A stretch of 64,000 nt of DNA from Tetramitus jugosus (lineage: Eukaryota > Protista > Heterolobosea): NCBI GenBank assembly GCA_937625935.1, contig OW569372.1:1-64000 (forward strand), in the 5' to 3' direction. Made by a program: the position numbers and the translations under genes. Below are positions 32,663-43,385 of the stretch, piece after piece. The notes beneath the pieces were generated by a model. It did no database searches. It had not been told where the DNA came from and saw nothing but the letters and a program-made list of their open reading frames with translations. Every line of letters begins with the position of its first letter. The stretch's first letter is position 1.

Positions 32663-35600
32663 TTATTCGTTCAGTTTCTGTCGCAATACATTCAACATGG
32701 TGGCCAGGGCATTCGGTGGTGTGTTTAGTTTGCGATTGCGCACCAAATGATCCAACACAGTATCTTTCCAGTATTGCTCGCTGAATTTGTCAGTGTTGGA
32801 AACAAGTTGTCTCACCAATTGATACTCCTCAACAGTCTGTTTTCTCTGGTCAGAGAGGTCCGACTGCATTCCAGACAAACGGTTCACAATAGCGCCGTTT
32901 AAAATACTCATGTATGACACGTATACGACGAGCAATATGGTAACCATCAAAGATTTGTGCTCGCCGATGAATTGTCCCATAAATTTGCCAATTTGAAGGA
33001 GACCAATCAAAATAAAACGTAAGGAGCTGACAATAGATCGAAGCACAGTTCCTTCGTCATCTTCCTTTGGTGTGAATGGAATTGCTGTTGCAATTGTTTT
33101 GATTTCTTCCTTTGGTACTTCGACTATTATTTTGGGCTTAGGTCTTTCCTCAGCGTTGTCATTCCTTGGTTTGAATCCTAAATTGAGTTCGGTGCTGTCC
33201 TCTGAGAATAAACTAAAATCTTGCAAGTCTATCACAGATTTCAACGCTCCGCCCAGAGGGGTCTCAGGGGTAGCAGGATGTTGTTCTTCCTCCTCAACAA
33301 CGTTGCCAACGGGTGTTGGAGGCGTCCCCACACTCTGTAGTTCGATCTCTGCATGTTTAGTCCGAGGCGTCTGCATTCTCTGCTGCTTCTTCTTTATTCT
33401 TCTAGAGGCAGCGGTGATGGTTCTCACTGGCTCTATGGGAGATAATTCAAATCCGTCCATGTTGGATATGGTGGCAGTCGGTGAAGGTGGAGGCGAATCC
33501 TCAAGTTGAGGTGCTGGTGGAAGCAAAAAAGGAGTCAAATCCAATAGCTTCCTCTTCTCGTATTTTACAATGGCAGATGTTAAAATTGCCTCGGTTGTCG
33601 TCTGTATCTGCTGCAATCTTTGCTCCTCTTTTTCAGCCAAATATTGCTCGACACGTTTTGTTAATATATCGACCCATGTTCTGCTTCTGGTCATTGTTGC
33701 TTTCAACGCAATTTGCTCCATGGTAGATCTGCGGAATGAGTTCTTGTATGACGCTCCTGCATACACCTGTAGCACACACTCTTTTCTCGCACTAGTGGAA
33801 ACTCTCGTGTCCGTGACAAATAATTTGACTTCAATCTGGAATCGATCATCTTTCAACAGTGTCTGAGGCGCTATCGTTGAATGAAGTACCATGTATGTTT
33901 GAGTGTTCATCTTATTTTTGGTCATCATGAAACGTTGTGTCTCGAGCAGCACGGCCGACACCTTTTGAGGCAAGAGTTGAACATAGGCCGATTCGCGATC
34001 TACAGTCATTTTGATGCATCTGACCGAAGGTACACCAGGTCTGAAATCCACCCAATCATCAATCACAACTTCCGTGTCTCCCACAGCGGCATGATACTCG
34101 AGCATGGTATCCGACTTGTTCGACAAGGTCAAATCAAAGAGTTCATGCGCAGATACCATAAATTTGCTATCTTCAAACAACTTGACCATCTTGACACCAT
34201 TGACAGGAAAGATATCAATATCTTCTACGGAAACAAGCGGCAACTGATCCTCTTCCTTTCTCAAATCAAGCTCATAAAACATGGGTTCATCCGGAGTGGA
34301 TACTATAATGTCCGGAATATCATTAATACCATCCACTTGTGATGATGACGACACCGATGGCTCATCATGATTCTCTCCTCCACCATTGCTGTGATTCTCA
34401 CTAGCACTCTCAGACAGCGTGTTACTATGACTCTTTCCAATGGGTGAAAAATCACGCAACGTATGAGTGATTTGTGCGCGTAGTGGCGATGTTTTCCAAG
34501 AGTTTGTGAGGCTACCCATGGACCTTGGCCTATCCTTGAAGGTCAATGCAGCAGTGACTTTGCTTGACAAGGGTGGAGAAGAACTTCCAACAACAGATGT
34601 GGTAGCAACATTAGTATTGTTGCTCACGGATCCCCGGGGAATATCAATGGCTGTTCGATGAACTTTCTTGTCAGAAGAAGAAGAAGAACTCGCGTGTTGT
34701 GATTGGTCATTTGCGATGCTCTCATGAGTATCAGAAGAATGATGATGCTCATTCTTGTCCGGTGAAGATTCCATGGTAGTGGTGTTTGTTCTTGTGTCCT
34801 TCTTTTGCGAATCCTGTTCTTGTTGTTGTTCGATAGGAACAAGCTTATTGTTGTTGTTTGGTTGTGATTCTGTTTTGTCAGGCTTGATTTTTTCCGCTGT
34901 CATTTGGGTTTTTGAGCTATTTTTGTCCCGAAGAAGCAAGTTACGGAGAGTGTCGAGTGAGAATGTATCGTGCACGGAGATGTCGTGAGGGAGACTGGAA
35001 TCGAGGTGAGCACTAGTTCGTTTCGATTGAGTGGCATCTGATCTGGACCGTGAGTGAATGCTGTTGCTTCTGCGACGAGGGCTCGTTGGGAGCGATTGAG
35101 GATTCATTTCTTGGTATTCTTCAGTAGGTGACTGGGTGGCAGAGTTGCTCAGAGAGCGAGACGGGAAGAAATGTACTGCCGGTTCAGAAGAGTTTTCAGT
35201 GGGAAATTGTATCAGGTTTTGTGCCTTGATTGGTTTGGGAGATGAAGTAGCAGAGCTCGGTGGTGATGCAATACGAGGACTTTTGTTACCGCCACCAGTC
35301 TTGTATTTGTCGTACATGGATTTCATTTGTTGCATCCAAAGGGACTGTATTGTCTTGAAAGCTAAATCTCGATAGGCGAACGATGAAAAGAAATACTAAC
35401 AAGTCGAGAGAAGAGTGATATGTGTTAGCAACACACTGTGCAATGAAAACAACAAATTGGAAATAAATCTACATACAGATGTACCTCGTATATAAATTTC
35501 AATGGCATTCGGCACCACATATGCACTATTCCGTTTCACAACATCGGCAATATCCTCCACATTAATGGTTACCTAACAACAAAGTTAGAGTCACACAACA

Positions 35601-36131
35601 AACAATATCACAACCTTGAAAGGCGATACATACTGTTCTCTTTCCTAGAATATTCGAATAAAACAATATATGATTCTCTGTAATGTACATTCTACCATGG
35701 AAAAGCATCCGATTGTAGTACGCACATGAGTAATCTATCAATTCAAAAAATTACAGCACAAAAACATGTTCAACTTAGCAAATCTACTTTTCTCCACACA
35801 ATACAATTCTCACCTTCTAGGTGCGTCAACACATAAAAAACAAAATGGTACCTTCAAGAATCGGCTCCGTAGATGGCAGTTCAAATATCCTCCGACAAAA
35901 TTCTTCTTTTTGGACCTCTGGATCAATATCTGTCAAGTTCTCTTGGTCAACGACCACTGCTCCACCTTGTTCATTTGATTTGTCCGTGTTCAATTCGATG
36001 TGATGGGGCGTCGGTGATGACGATGGTTGAGCTGCCATGTTGTTCATTGTTTCATCAGAGTAAATATGCTCTGTTACTTGATTTCTCGCGGTTGTTGATC
36101 CCTGCTCTTCTTTGCTATTCAAGATGGGCAT
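32663..36131 (-). CDS. LAM/Aster (GRAMD1-like) sterol-transfer protein: GRAM + VASt + TM; introns 35735-35851, 35573-35633, 35396-35476
   Basis: Spliced GRAM motif DYSCAY...HGRMYIT...CFYSNILG...PNAIEI...YFFSSFAYRD; StART-like middle domain; C-terminal TM and coiled coil. Confidence 0.85.
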
Positions 36132-36321
36132 CTATTAATTCTTTCCGTGCTGCTTGTGTTGTGTCTTTGTTGTTCTCTCCCCACGACAACAGTTGTTGGA
36201 ATTGTCCGGTTCACCCGTTCAGGACAAAATTTTGTGTTCTAGTCGGAGACTCGTCCACATGCGAAGATCTTAAAACTTGAAAAAAAAAGCTAAGCAAACT
36301 ACGACTGAAACAATACATCCT

Positions 36322-36878
36322 ATGCAGAACGAAGACGAGCAATCTACGACGTCTACCACCAACAATGGTGAGGATCAGATCACCACAATTACTGATGATC
36401 ATCAGCCAACGACAACAAACACAAAAAAGAGATTGAGAGAGGAGAAAAATGACGATAGTAGTAGCAGTAGTGATGATGATAGTAGCAGTAGTAGCGACGA
36501 AGACGAAGAACATCAACATGGCGCCAAGAAGAAAAAACCATCTACTCCGCCGTTGCCTCCTCCCGCCAATCACTCGTCGGAGAATCAGCCAAAAGAAAAC
36601 GCCGCTCCCGATCAATATCAAAAATTGATGGCAATGGATGAGATGGTGCCAAAGAAGCGATACGATATGGTTATTGAAGCTCAAGAACAGTTGATTAAGA
36701 ATTTATCGAGTCAATTGAAACAGTTAGAGTCGGAGTATCAGGCAAAAATGTATGTTTTCATTGTTTCATTGCACCCTTCCACCTTTGTGTTCACAATGTC
36801 TATAGACATTTACTTTCTTTTGTTCGAATTACAATGCATTGCAGAGATGACTTGACAAGACAACTAGCGGAAAAATAA
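36322..36878 (+). CDS. Small acidic/coiled-coil protein of unknown function (intron 36750-36844)
   Basis: GTATGT...GCAG intron gives an in-frame C-terminus IDDLTRQLAEK*. Confidence 0.6.
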
Positions 36879-37202
36879 ATAAATTCGGAGAAATATATCT
36901 ATTGCTATTTTTGATGTACTAACTTCTGGCACCCAGACATTGTTATCCACCAACCAAGTGTCTCGACAACACACCAATGCAACACCTTACAGAAGACAAG
37001 AAAATAGACATCTGTTGTCTCAATGGTATATGTCAATGCGTTGGTGGCGTTCTCTATTTAATGTCAGTCACCACTTGAGTCTCATTTGAAGAAATCACAC
37101 AACCTTAAGGTCATTCTGCTTCCCTGAAAACAACCACAATACTACACTCTCGTCTCTGAAAAATTCAGTTACTTTAACAACATCAACTCTATTGAAAGTG
37201 AA

Positions 37203-38777
37203 ATGAGCTATAACAACACGACTACTAACAGCGAGATTGTTCTCAATCAAATGAAACAGAAGAGCGTGATGCCATTTTGGCGTTTGTGCCTCTTTGTTTG
37301 TTTTGAGTATGCCATCATACTCTACTTATCTTATAATGTCGGTTTACTCGTGCCGTTGCATATTATGAAACTCGCTGGACCTAAGGACAAGGCTTCAGTT
37401 CTAGGTGTAGTCAGTACTCTGTCTGCAATCTGTATCCTCGTGTCTGGAGTTTTGACTGGAATGATTTCAGATCGACTTCAGACAAGAATAGGACGCCGAA
37501 AGCCCATTCTCATTTTATCGGCCATCGTTATGACTCTGACGTTGATTGTACGGAGTGTGATGCCAATGAAGAAGGGGTCAAAGAGTCATCTCGTTACCTA
37601 TTGTGCGTTGTACTTTGTTGGTAGTACTGCAATGAGCAGTGCCATTTCAGCGTACAAGGCAATGACACCGGATTTGATCCACTCGAGCCAAATGGGAATG
37701 GTCAGTGGAATGATTGGATTCGCATACACAATGGGTTACATCGTGTCACTGTCAGTGTTTGGACTGTTCTTTAAGCTAATTCCAGAGTTTTATACCTCAG
37801 GTATCGTGATTGTTACACTAATACTAGCCACTATTGGTATACTTGCTCTATTCAGAGAGCCTGACAGCCATTATACGGCCAAGGTTCTCCCAATCGATGA
37901 GGAACGGATACCAATCTCAACTACAGGATCGATTATTATCTACAACGATGGATCCGTTGAAAGAATGAACGGAACAAAGCCATCCATGTGGGAAATGTTC
38001 AAGGATTTACTTCAGACGAATCCTTTGTTGCATTGGAATTTCTTCTGGGTGTATGTTTCAAGATTCATGTACAACTTTGGATTCTTCCTTGTGCAAGGAT
38101 ACATGTTGTACTTCTTTACTGATGCATTCGGAAGTGACTTTACGATATTGTTCTGGAGCAATCTGATATCCTCTCCTATTAAGGCCAACAGTATGTACTC
38201 TCTCTTCAAGTACTTGAGTAGCTTATTCAGTAGTGTGTTAGGAGGTGCTGTGAGCGACAAGACTGGTAGAAAGCCATTTGTGTTGTTGAGTGCTCTCCTG
38301 ATTGCTCTAGGTGCAATCGGAACAGCATGCTTTCGAAATTATTCTGTTGTCTTGGCCCTAGCAATAGTGATGGGCTTGGGGTTCGGATCTCATCACGCAG
38401 TTGACATGGGTTTGGTTAATGATGTTCTACCGAGTGTGAGTAACACCGCGAGAGATATGTCCATCTGGCAAACATCGCTGACATTGCCTCACCTGTTGGC
38501 TCCACCTGTAGCTGGATTCGCGATCAAGTATTGTGACAAGCTGTTTGTACAGCGAGTGCTACCTCCACATTTTGGCTACTCTGTCATATTTATCATGTGT
38601 GCTCTCTCTCAGGTGCTCTCTGCTCTTTCTATTGTATTGGTTCGATCAAGTCCTGCACCTGTGAGTGCCACAAAATCCACAGAGCCCTCCTCTTCTTTAT
38701 CTGATGAAGAGATTGGTATTGAGTCATTCTACTATGAGCCGGTAAATAAGAGGGAAAGCGAGTCATCACGCCCTTGA
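37203..38777 (+). CDS. Major facilitator superfamily transporter
   Basis: About 12 hydrophobic segments; motif A twice (GMISDRLQTRIGRRKP, GAVSDKTGRKP). Confidence 0.92.
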   Translation: MSYNNTTTNSEIVLNQMKQKSVMPFWRLCLFVCFEYAIILYLSYNVGLLVPLHIMKLAGPKDKASVLGVVSTLSAICILVSGVLTGMISDRLQTRIGRRKPILILSAIVMTLTLIVRSVMPMKKGSKSHLVTYCALYFVGSTAMSSAISAYKAMTPDLIHSSQMGMVSGMIGFAYTMGYIVSLSVFGLFFKLIPEFYTSGIVIVTLILATIGILALFREPDSHYTAKVLPIDEERIPISTTGSIIIYNDGSVERMNGTKPSMWEMFKDLLQTNPLLHWNFFWVYVSRFMYNFGFFLVQGYMLYFFTDAFGSDFTILFWSNLISSPIKANSMYSLFKYLSSLFSSVLGGAVSDKTGRKPFVLLSALLIALGAIGTACFRNYSVVLALAIVMGLGFGSHHAVDMGLVNDVLPSVSNTARDMSIWQTSLTLPHLLAPPVAGFAIKYCDKLFVQRVLPPHFGYSVIFIMCALSQVLSALSIVLVRSSPAPVSATKSTEPSSSLSDEEIGIESFYYEPVNKRESESSRP

Positions 38778-38800
38778 TCATTCCCGGAAATAAATTAGCT

Positions 38801-41581
38801 TTATTCTGCTAGTTGGTTGACTGGACTTGGGGTATCAACTGGAGATTCTCCATCTGACTGATGGCTCAATGTCCTACAGCTTATGATCTTTCTCAGTTGT
38901 TTCTTTCCCTGTGTAGCACCATAGTTCAAAGGTGTGAATGCAAGATCAATCGTACCATTCGTTAATCCATGCTTCAAGTCATATCGAACCTTGTGCTGCA
39001 ATCTTTTGGTGTTGGCTGAACTCAAAGGAACAACAACCATACCCAAGAAAGTATGCTTCTTCTTCTTCTTCTTTTCATCGTCCATGCTATAAACATAAAT
39101 GTTCATCTCTTCTACATTTGAATTAAATACAGCCAATTCAAACTGCTCCATGAACAAGGGATTGTTATTGTTGCTCTGAGTCTTTGTGCACATAATTTGA
39201 CCACCTAGTTCGATAATAACAAACGGATTGAACGTCGTTGCAGATTCTGAGGTGAGAGAGGTTGATATGACATCGACCACAAGGGTTCCAGCACAATCAG
39301 AGTCAAATTTTCCAGCTCTCCGTTTCCAGCCTCTTCCTTCACTCTCTAATCCCTTGAGTTCAGGATCATAAGGCGAATTTCGAGTAAACACGAGTGAATA
39401 GTTGCTGATCATGAATGCCACGGCGTGAGAAATTTGTGATTTCTCCTGCACGAATCGCATCATGTCACTAGGATCAGTAGATTCAACAGCAGGAGCTAAT
39501 ATGCTGGGCGTAATACAGATGGCCACATTAGAGGCATTCATCTTCGTCAAGTGCTCATTCTTCTGCAATTTGTTACCGAATGCAATCAAGCGCTCCAAAC
39601 ATGCATAGTGACCATTTGGTAATGCATCAATAATCTTTCTAATCTTCATACCTTTTGTTGTGTCGTCATCCTCAGTGTTACCGATAAATACAGCCCTTAC
39701 TCGCTCATAGAGTGCATGTTCCATCAAAGGATCAGGCAACAACCTCAGGTACAGTTTCAACAATCCAGCTACATCATGCACGGATGATAGGTGATTAAAT
39801 GGCGTGAACTCGCCTCTGTCCCAACTGTGTCTTGTACTTTCCATATCCTTGGCAGAACCACTGACACGGAATAGACCCTCGGTCTCTGCTCCATGTTCTC
39901 CCAAGAAGTCCAAGCAGTCTTTGACGGCTCTTGGTATAGCAACACCTCGTTCATCAAAACAACGATGCAGCGGATTCATACACGTGAATTCACACGGCAC
40001 ACCAAACACTTTGACGAAATGAGAATGGTCAATCTCTGGTACGACTTTCATGTGCAACAGAATACTGTTATGATTGTTCAAAGAGTCAAGATTTGCTGCA
40101 CCAACGCATTTGTCAACCACCAGTTGAGCAGCAGTCATTAGTGTCGAGTCCATTGTTAAGCTCTCTGCTCCTTCAACGACTTTCATTCGCCTCTTCTTTT
40201 CTGCGTGAGCTCCATGAATCAAATTGAACAGTGCTTCTGCTTTCTCACTTGTAGGAAACAGTTGGTCCGACATGGATAGAATTGCATTAATGTTATGCTC
40301 TGTCGCATCATCATGAATAGTGTAACCACCACTACTTGCTTCATCATCTTGATGATCACTATAGTCATTTGTAAAACGTGGAGATTTGCTCCTGTGCGCG
40401 TTAGAATGAGAAAAGGAAGCTAAGAAGGAGTTGGACAGGAATCGTAAGTGACCCTTTGATTTGCGAGGAGAGTGAGGATGATGCGGAACAGTTTGTTGCT
40501 GTGCATCACCGCTGCTGCCACTACTATCACCAACATTGTTACTATCACTACTATGACTCGTCGTATTGTGATTGTGATTGTGATGATTAGCAGAAGCATA
40601 AAAGCTCATACTCTTTCGCTTCAACTTGCTCAACAGAGACTCTGAACCCCTTGGTGTCAGAGTGCCACTACAGCTTCTATTCCTGAACTTTTCATTGTCA
40701 CGAGGTGACATGTTGCTTCCTCTGGGTGTTCTAGGTGTTCTCGAACCCGAGTCACCCTTTGACTCCATGCTCGATATCAAAGCCAAAGAATACTGATCAA
40801 TGGGAGACATCAAATGAAACAATGATCGACAATCAATCACTTCATACATGAGTTGAGACAGTGTGAAATTGAATGGCACATTAGTCAATAAACACTTGTC
40901 TTTTTCATTCAAATGAACTTGAACAGAAATCCTAGTTTCTCTGTCAATGACTACACCACCTTGTCTCATTGTTCTACCACTATTACTGCCACTACTATTG
41001 GTATTTGAATCATCATCTACTTGAGAAGAAGAAGCAGCTGAAGGAAGCAATAGAGGTTTCATTGACGCAATTGCACTCGTTTTTGCTGATGAAACAACAA
41101 CACTACTCGTTTCATCAGCAACATCTCCACTGTCCGTTGTTGTTGTTGTTGTGATAATAGTTGGCATAATATTGGTATTGGTATTGGTAGTAGTAGTTGT
41201 TGTTGTTAGTCTAGGTGTAATGGTAGTTGTTGTTGTGGTAGTAGAGGAAGAACTAGTAGTCATTAGATCATCATCAGTCGTACTTTCACACTCATCTTCA
41301 ATAACAACAGCAATACAAGGATGATTCGTAGTCGTCGTATTCAGCATTCTATTATTGTTGTTGTTGTTGTTGTTATTATGATTGTCAGTTGCAGCTGCAA
41401 TTTTGTTTTCATCCGAATCATTTTTGTCTGCAGACACAACACAAATACCGTTGTCCTCGTTTGGTGTAGTTGCGTCGGTGCTGGTGCTGCTCTCGTCCAA
41501 CTCTTCGTCACTTGTGATCAAGTCTTGTGGTTCATGGAGTTTGTACCCTCCAGACAGAATGAATGAGGCAGATGGGAGCAT
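38801..41581 (-). CDS. RhoGAP + C2 domain protein
   Basis: EGLFRVSG (arginine finger), VAGLLKLYLRLLPDPL, KMNASNVAI; C-terminal NPFVIIEL...NPLFMEQFEL C2 domain. Confidence 0.9.
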   Translation of the reverse strand: MLPSASFILSGGYKLHEPQDLITSDEELDESSTSTDATTPNEDNGICVVSADKNDSDENKIAAATDNHNNNNNNNNNRMLNTTTTNHPCIAVVIEDECESTTDDDLMTTSSSSTTTTTTTITPRLTTTTTTTNTNTNIMPTIITTTTTTDSGDVADETSSVVVSSAKTSAIASMKPLLLPSAASSSQVDDDSNTNSSGSNSGRTMRQGGVVIDRETRISVQVHLNEKDKCLLTNVPFNFTLSQLMYEVIDCRSLFHLMSPIDQYSLALISSMESKGDSGSRTPRTPRGSNMSPRDNEKFRNRSCSGTLTPRGSESLLSKLKRKSMSFYASANHHNHNHNTTSHSSDSNNVGDSSGSSGDAQQQTVPHHPHSPRKSKGHLRFLSNSFLASFSHSNAHRSKSPRFTNDYSDHQDDEASSGGYTIHDDATEHNINAILSMSDQLFPTSEKAEALFNLIHGAHAEKKRRMKVVEGAESLTMDSTLMTAAQLVVDKCVGAANLDSLNNHNSILLHMKVVPEIDHSHFVKVFGVPCEFTCMNPLHRCFDERGVAIPRAVKDCLDFLGEHGAETEGLFRVSGSAKDMESTRHSWDRGEFTPFNHLSSVHDVAGLLKLYLRLLPDPLMEHALYERVRAVFIGNTEDDDTTKGMKIRKIIDALPNGHYACLERLIAFGNKLQKNEHLTKMNASNVAICITPSILAPAVESTDPSDMMRFVQEKSQISHAVAFMISNYSLVFTRNSPYDPELKGLESEGRGWKRRAGKFDSDCAGTLVVDVISTSLTSESATTFNPFVIIELGGQIMCTKTQSNNNNPLFMEQFELAVFNSNVEEMNIYVYSMDDEKKKKKKHTFLGMVVVPLSSANTKRLQHKVRYDLKHGLTNGTIDLAFTPLNYGATQGKKQLRKIISCRTLSHQSDGESPVDTPSPVNQLAE

Positions 41582-41780
41582 TGTTTGTTGTTGTGTTGTC
41601 GTTTGTCAGATGTTCGGTTGTGATGTCAAACTCAAGGGTTTTCTCTTGGGTTTGGCCTCCAGTAAAAATACTCGGAGACAGGTGACATCTGAACGGTTAT
41701 GGTAAGCGGATAATTCTACAGATCCTCTTTTGATTCATCTAAAAAACAAAAAGAAGAGAAAAACGACAAGACTCGGATTG

Positions 41781-42650
41781 ATGATCAGAAAAAACAATCG
41801 CGACAAGAATGCAACAGTCAAGCGAACGAGAAGAATAGTTGAAAGTGAAATTACAATTGAAATTGGTTCTGTCCTATGCAGGGACGTCTGGTCAAAGATT
41901 GTCGAATTTTGTGACACTTGGGAATGGTTGAAATTGAGTTACACTTGCAAAGGAATCAATCAATTCAAATTCGACCGGTTGCTCATGTTTAACAAGATGA
42001 AAACACTGAAACATGAGATAAGGAACAAAGGAATTGAACATTGGTTTGGATTGTGCAAAGGAACATTGTTCAATGTTTGCTTCAATTGGCATCCATATGT
42101 AATGGATGAGCATTTTCAATTTTTGAAAGGAATTCACACGCTATATATGAATGGCTGTTATCGGATCACAGCCAATGCGTTTCTTCATTTGACTGGCATT
42201 CATACGCTGCATATGAGCTATTGCAAGAGTATCACAGACGGTGCATTTCCTTATTTGACTGGTATTCACACACTGCATATGATCGATTGCTTTCGAATAA
42301 CAGATGACGCATTTTCGCATTTGACTGGAATACATACGCTCAATATGAGTGATTGTAATCAAATCACAGACAATGCATTCCAGCACTTGGTTGGTGTTCA
42401 CACTCTTGATATGAGTCGTTGCAAAAATGTTACAGATGACGCATTTTCTCATTTGTCTGGTGTTCACACGTTAAATATGAGTGGATGTGAGCAAGAGTCG
42501 ATCACAGTGAAGGTATTACCTTATTTGACGGGTGTTCGCGTACTCAATTGGTCTAATAGCAAACGAGACAACGCCTTCATCGAAAAAGTGGTCGAATATT
42601 GCCATTCTAGTTCAACAACTCTAATTGGAATGAAGAGAAAAGTGTCTTAA
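41781..42650 (+). CDS. F-box-like protein with tandem 22-aa LRRs
   Basis: LCRDVWSKIVEFC...LSYTCK, then 6-7 units of FxHLTGIHTLxMxxCxxITDxA. Confidence 0.85.
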   Translation: MIRKNNRDKNATVKRTRRIVESEITIEIGSVLCRDVWSKIVEFCDTWEWLKLSYTCKGINQFKFDRLLMFNKMKTLKHEIRNKGIEHWFGLCKGTLFNVCFNWHPYVMDEHFQFLKGIHTLYMNGCYRITANAFLHLTGIHTLHMSYCKSITDGAFPYLTGIHTLHMIDCFRITDDAFSHLTGIHTLNMSDCNQITDNAFQHLVGVHTLDMSRCKNVTDDAFSHLSGVHTLNMSGCEQESITVKVLPYLTGVRVLNWSNSKRDNAFIEKVVEYCHSSSTTLIGMKRKVS

Positions 42651-43385
42651 TACCTTCACTTTGCATTGGCCTCGATGGAGAAGTTCATGCAGCTCAAGTG
42701 TGATCACATGGTTGTTTTTATGTCCTTCTCTGAAACCTTTGCGCGAAGATATGAGTCAAATAACGTGGTGATGAGGTCATTATCAAGGAGTGATCCGAAA
42801 CAGATTCTAAAAAGAATGTTGTACCCCATACAAGAAACAGAGAGTCTCCCGAACATGGATGCTGGGTGGGTCGATACAATTACAAACAAGAGTTGGTTGA
42901 AAGTTGAACGTTTAACGCTAACACCAAGAGATGGCAAACCATATTCAGTGTACACAGTTGGTGCTATTAGGACAGAATGTTCCATGGATTTGTGACAAAA
43001 GTCATACGAGAACAAATAGTGATTCCGAAGCAAAGATCTGATGTACAATGCTCAGTAAAGCAGGTAATATGCTGCATAAACGCAAACAACAAAATTTACA
43101 GACCCAATCTCAGCCCTACTGAAAAAGGAAAGCTTCTTAGAAGGTCAATTCCCAGTTCCTTCACTGAATGCTCTAGAAGTAGAGCACGTCAGATTTCGAC
43201 CATGATATCGATGCCACTGTAGCTCTTCAATATGGGTTTAACGACGAGGAGACAGACATAACCAGTTGTAGTTGTCAACTTCCGCCCAAATCTATTTTTG
43301 TATCGAAAAATTATCCTCCATTCAACCAAAAGAAGTCTTCGCAGTTTCGCGACAACAACAGTAACAACAACCAAAAACAACGACA

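Noticed and set aside
42666-43320. Overlapping 80-114 aa ORFs on both strands
   Set aside because: No consistent gene model or motif; possibly a relic, but unsupported
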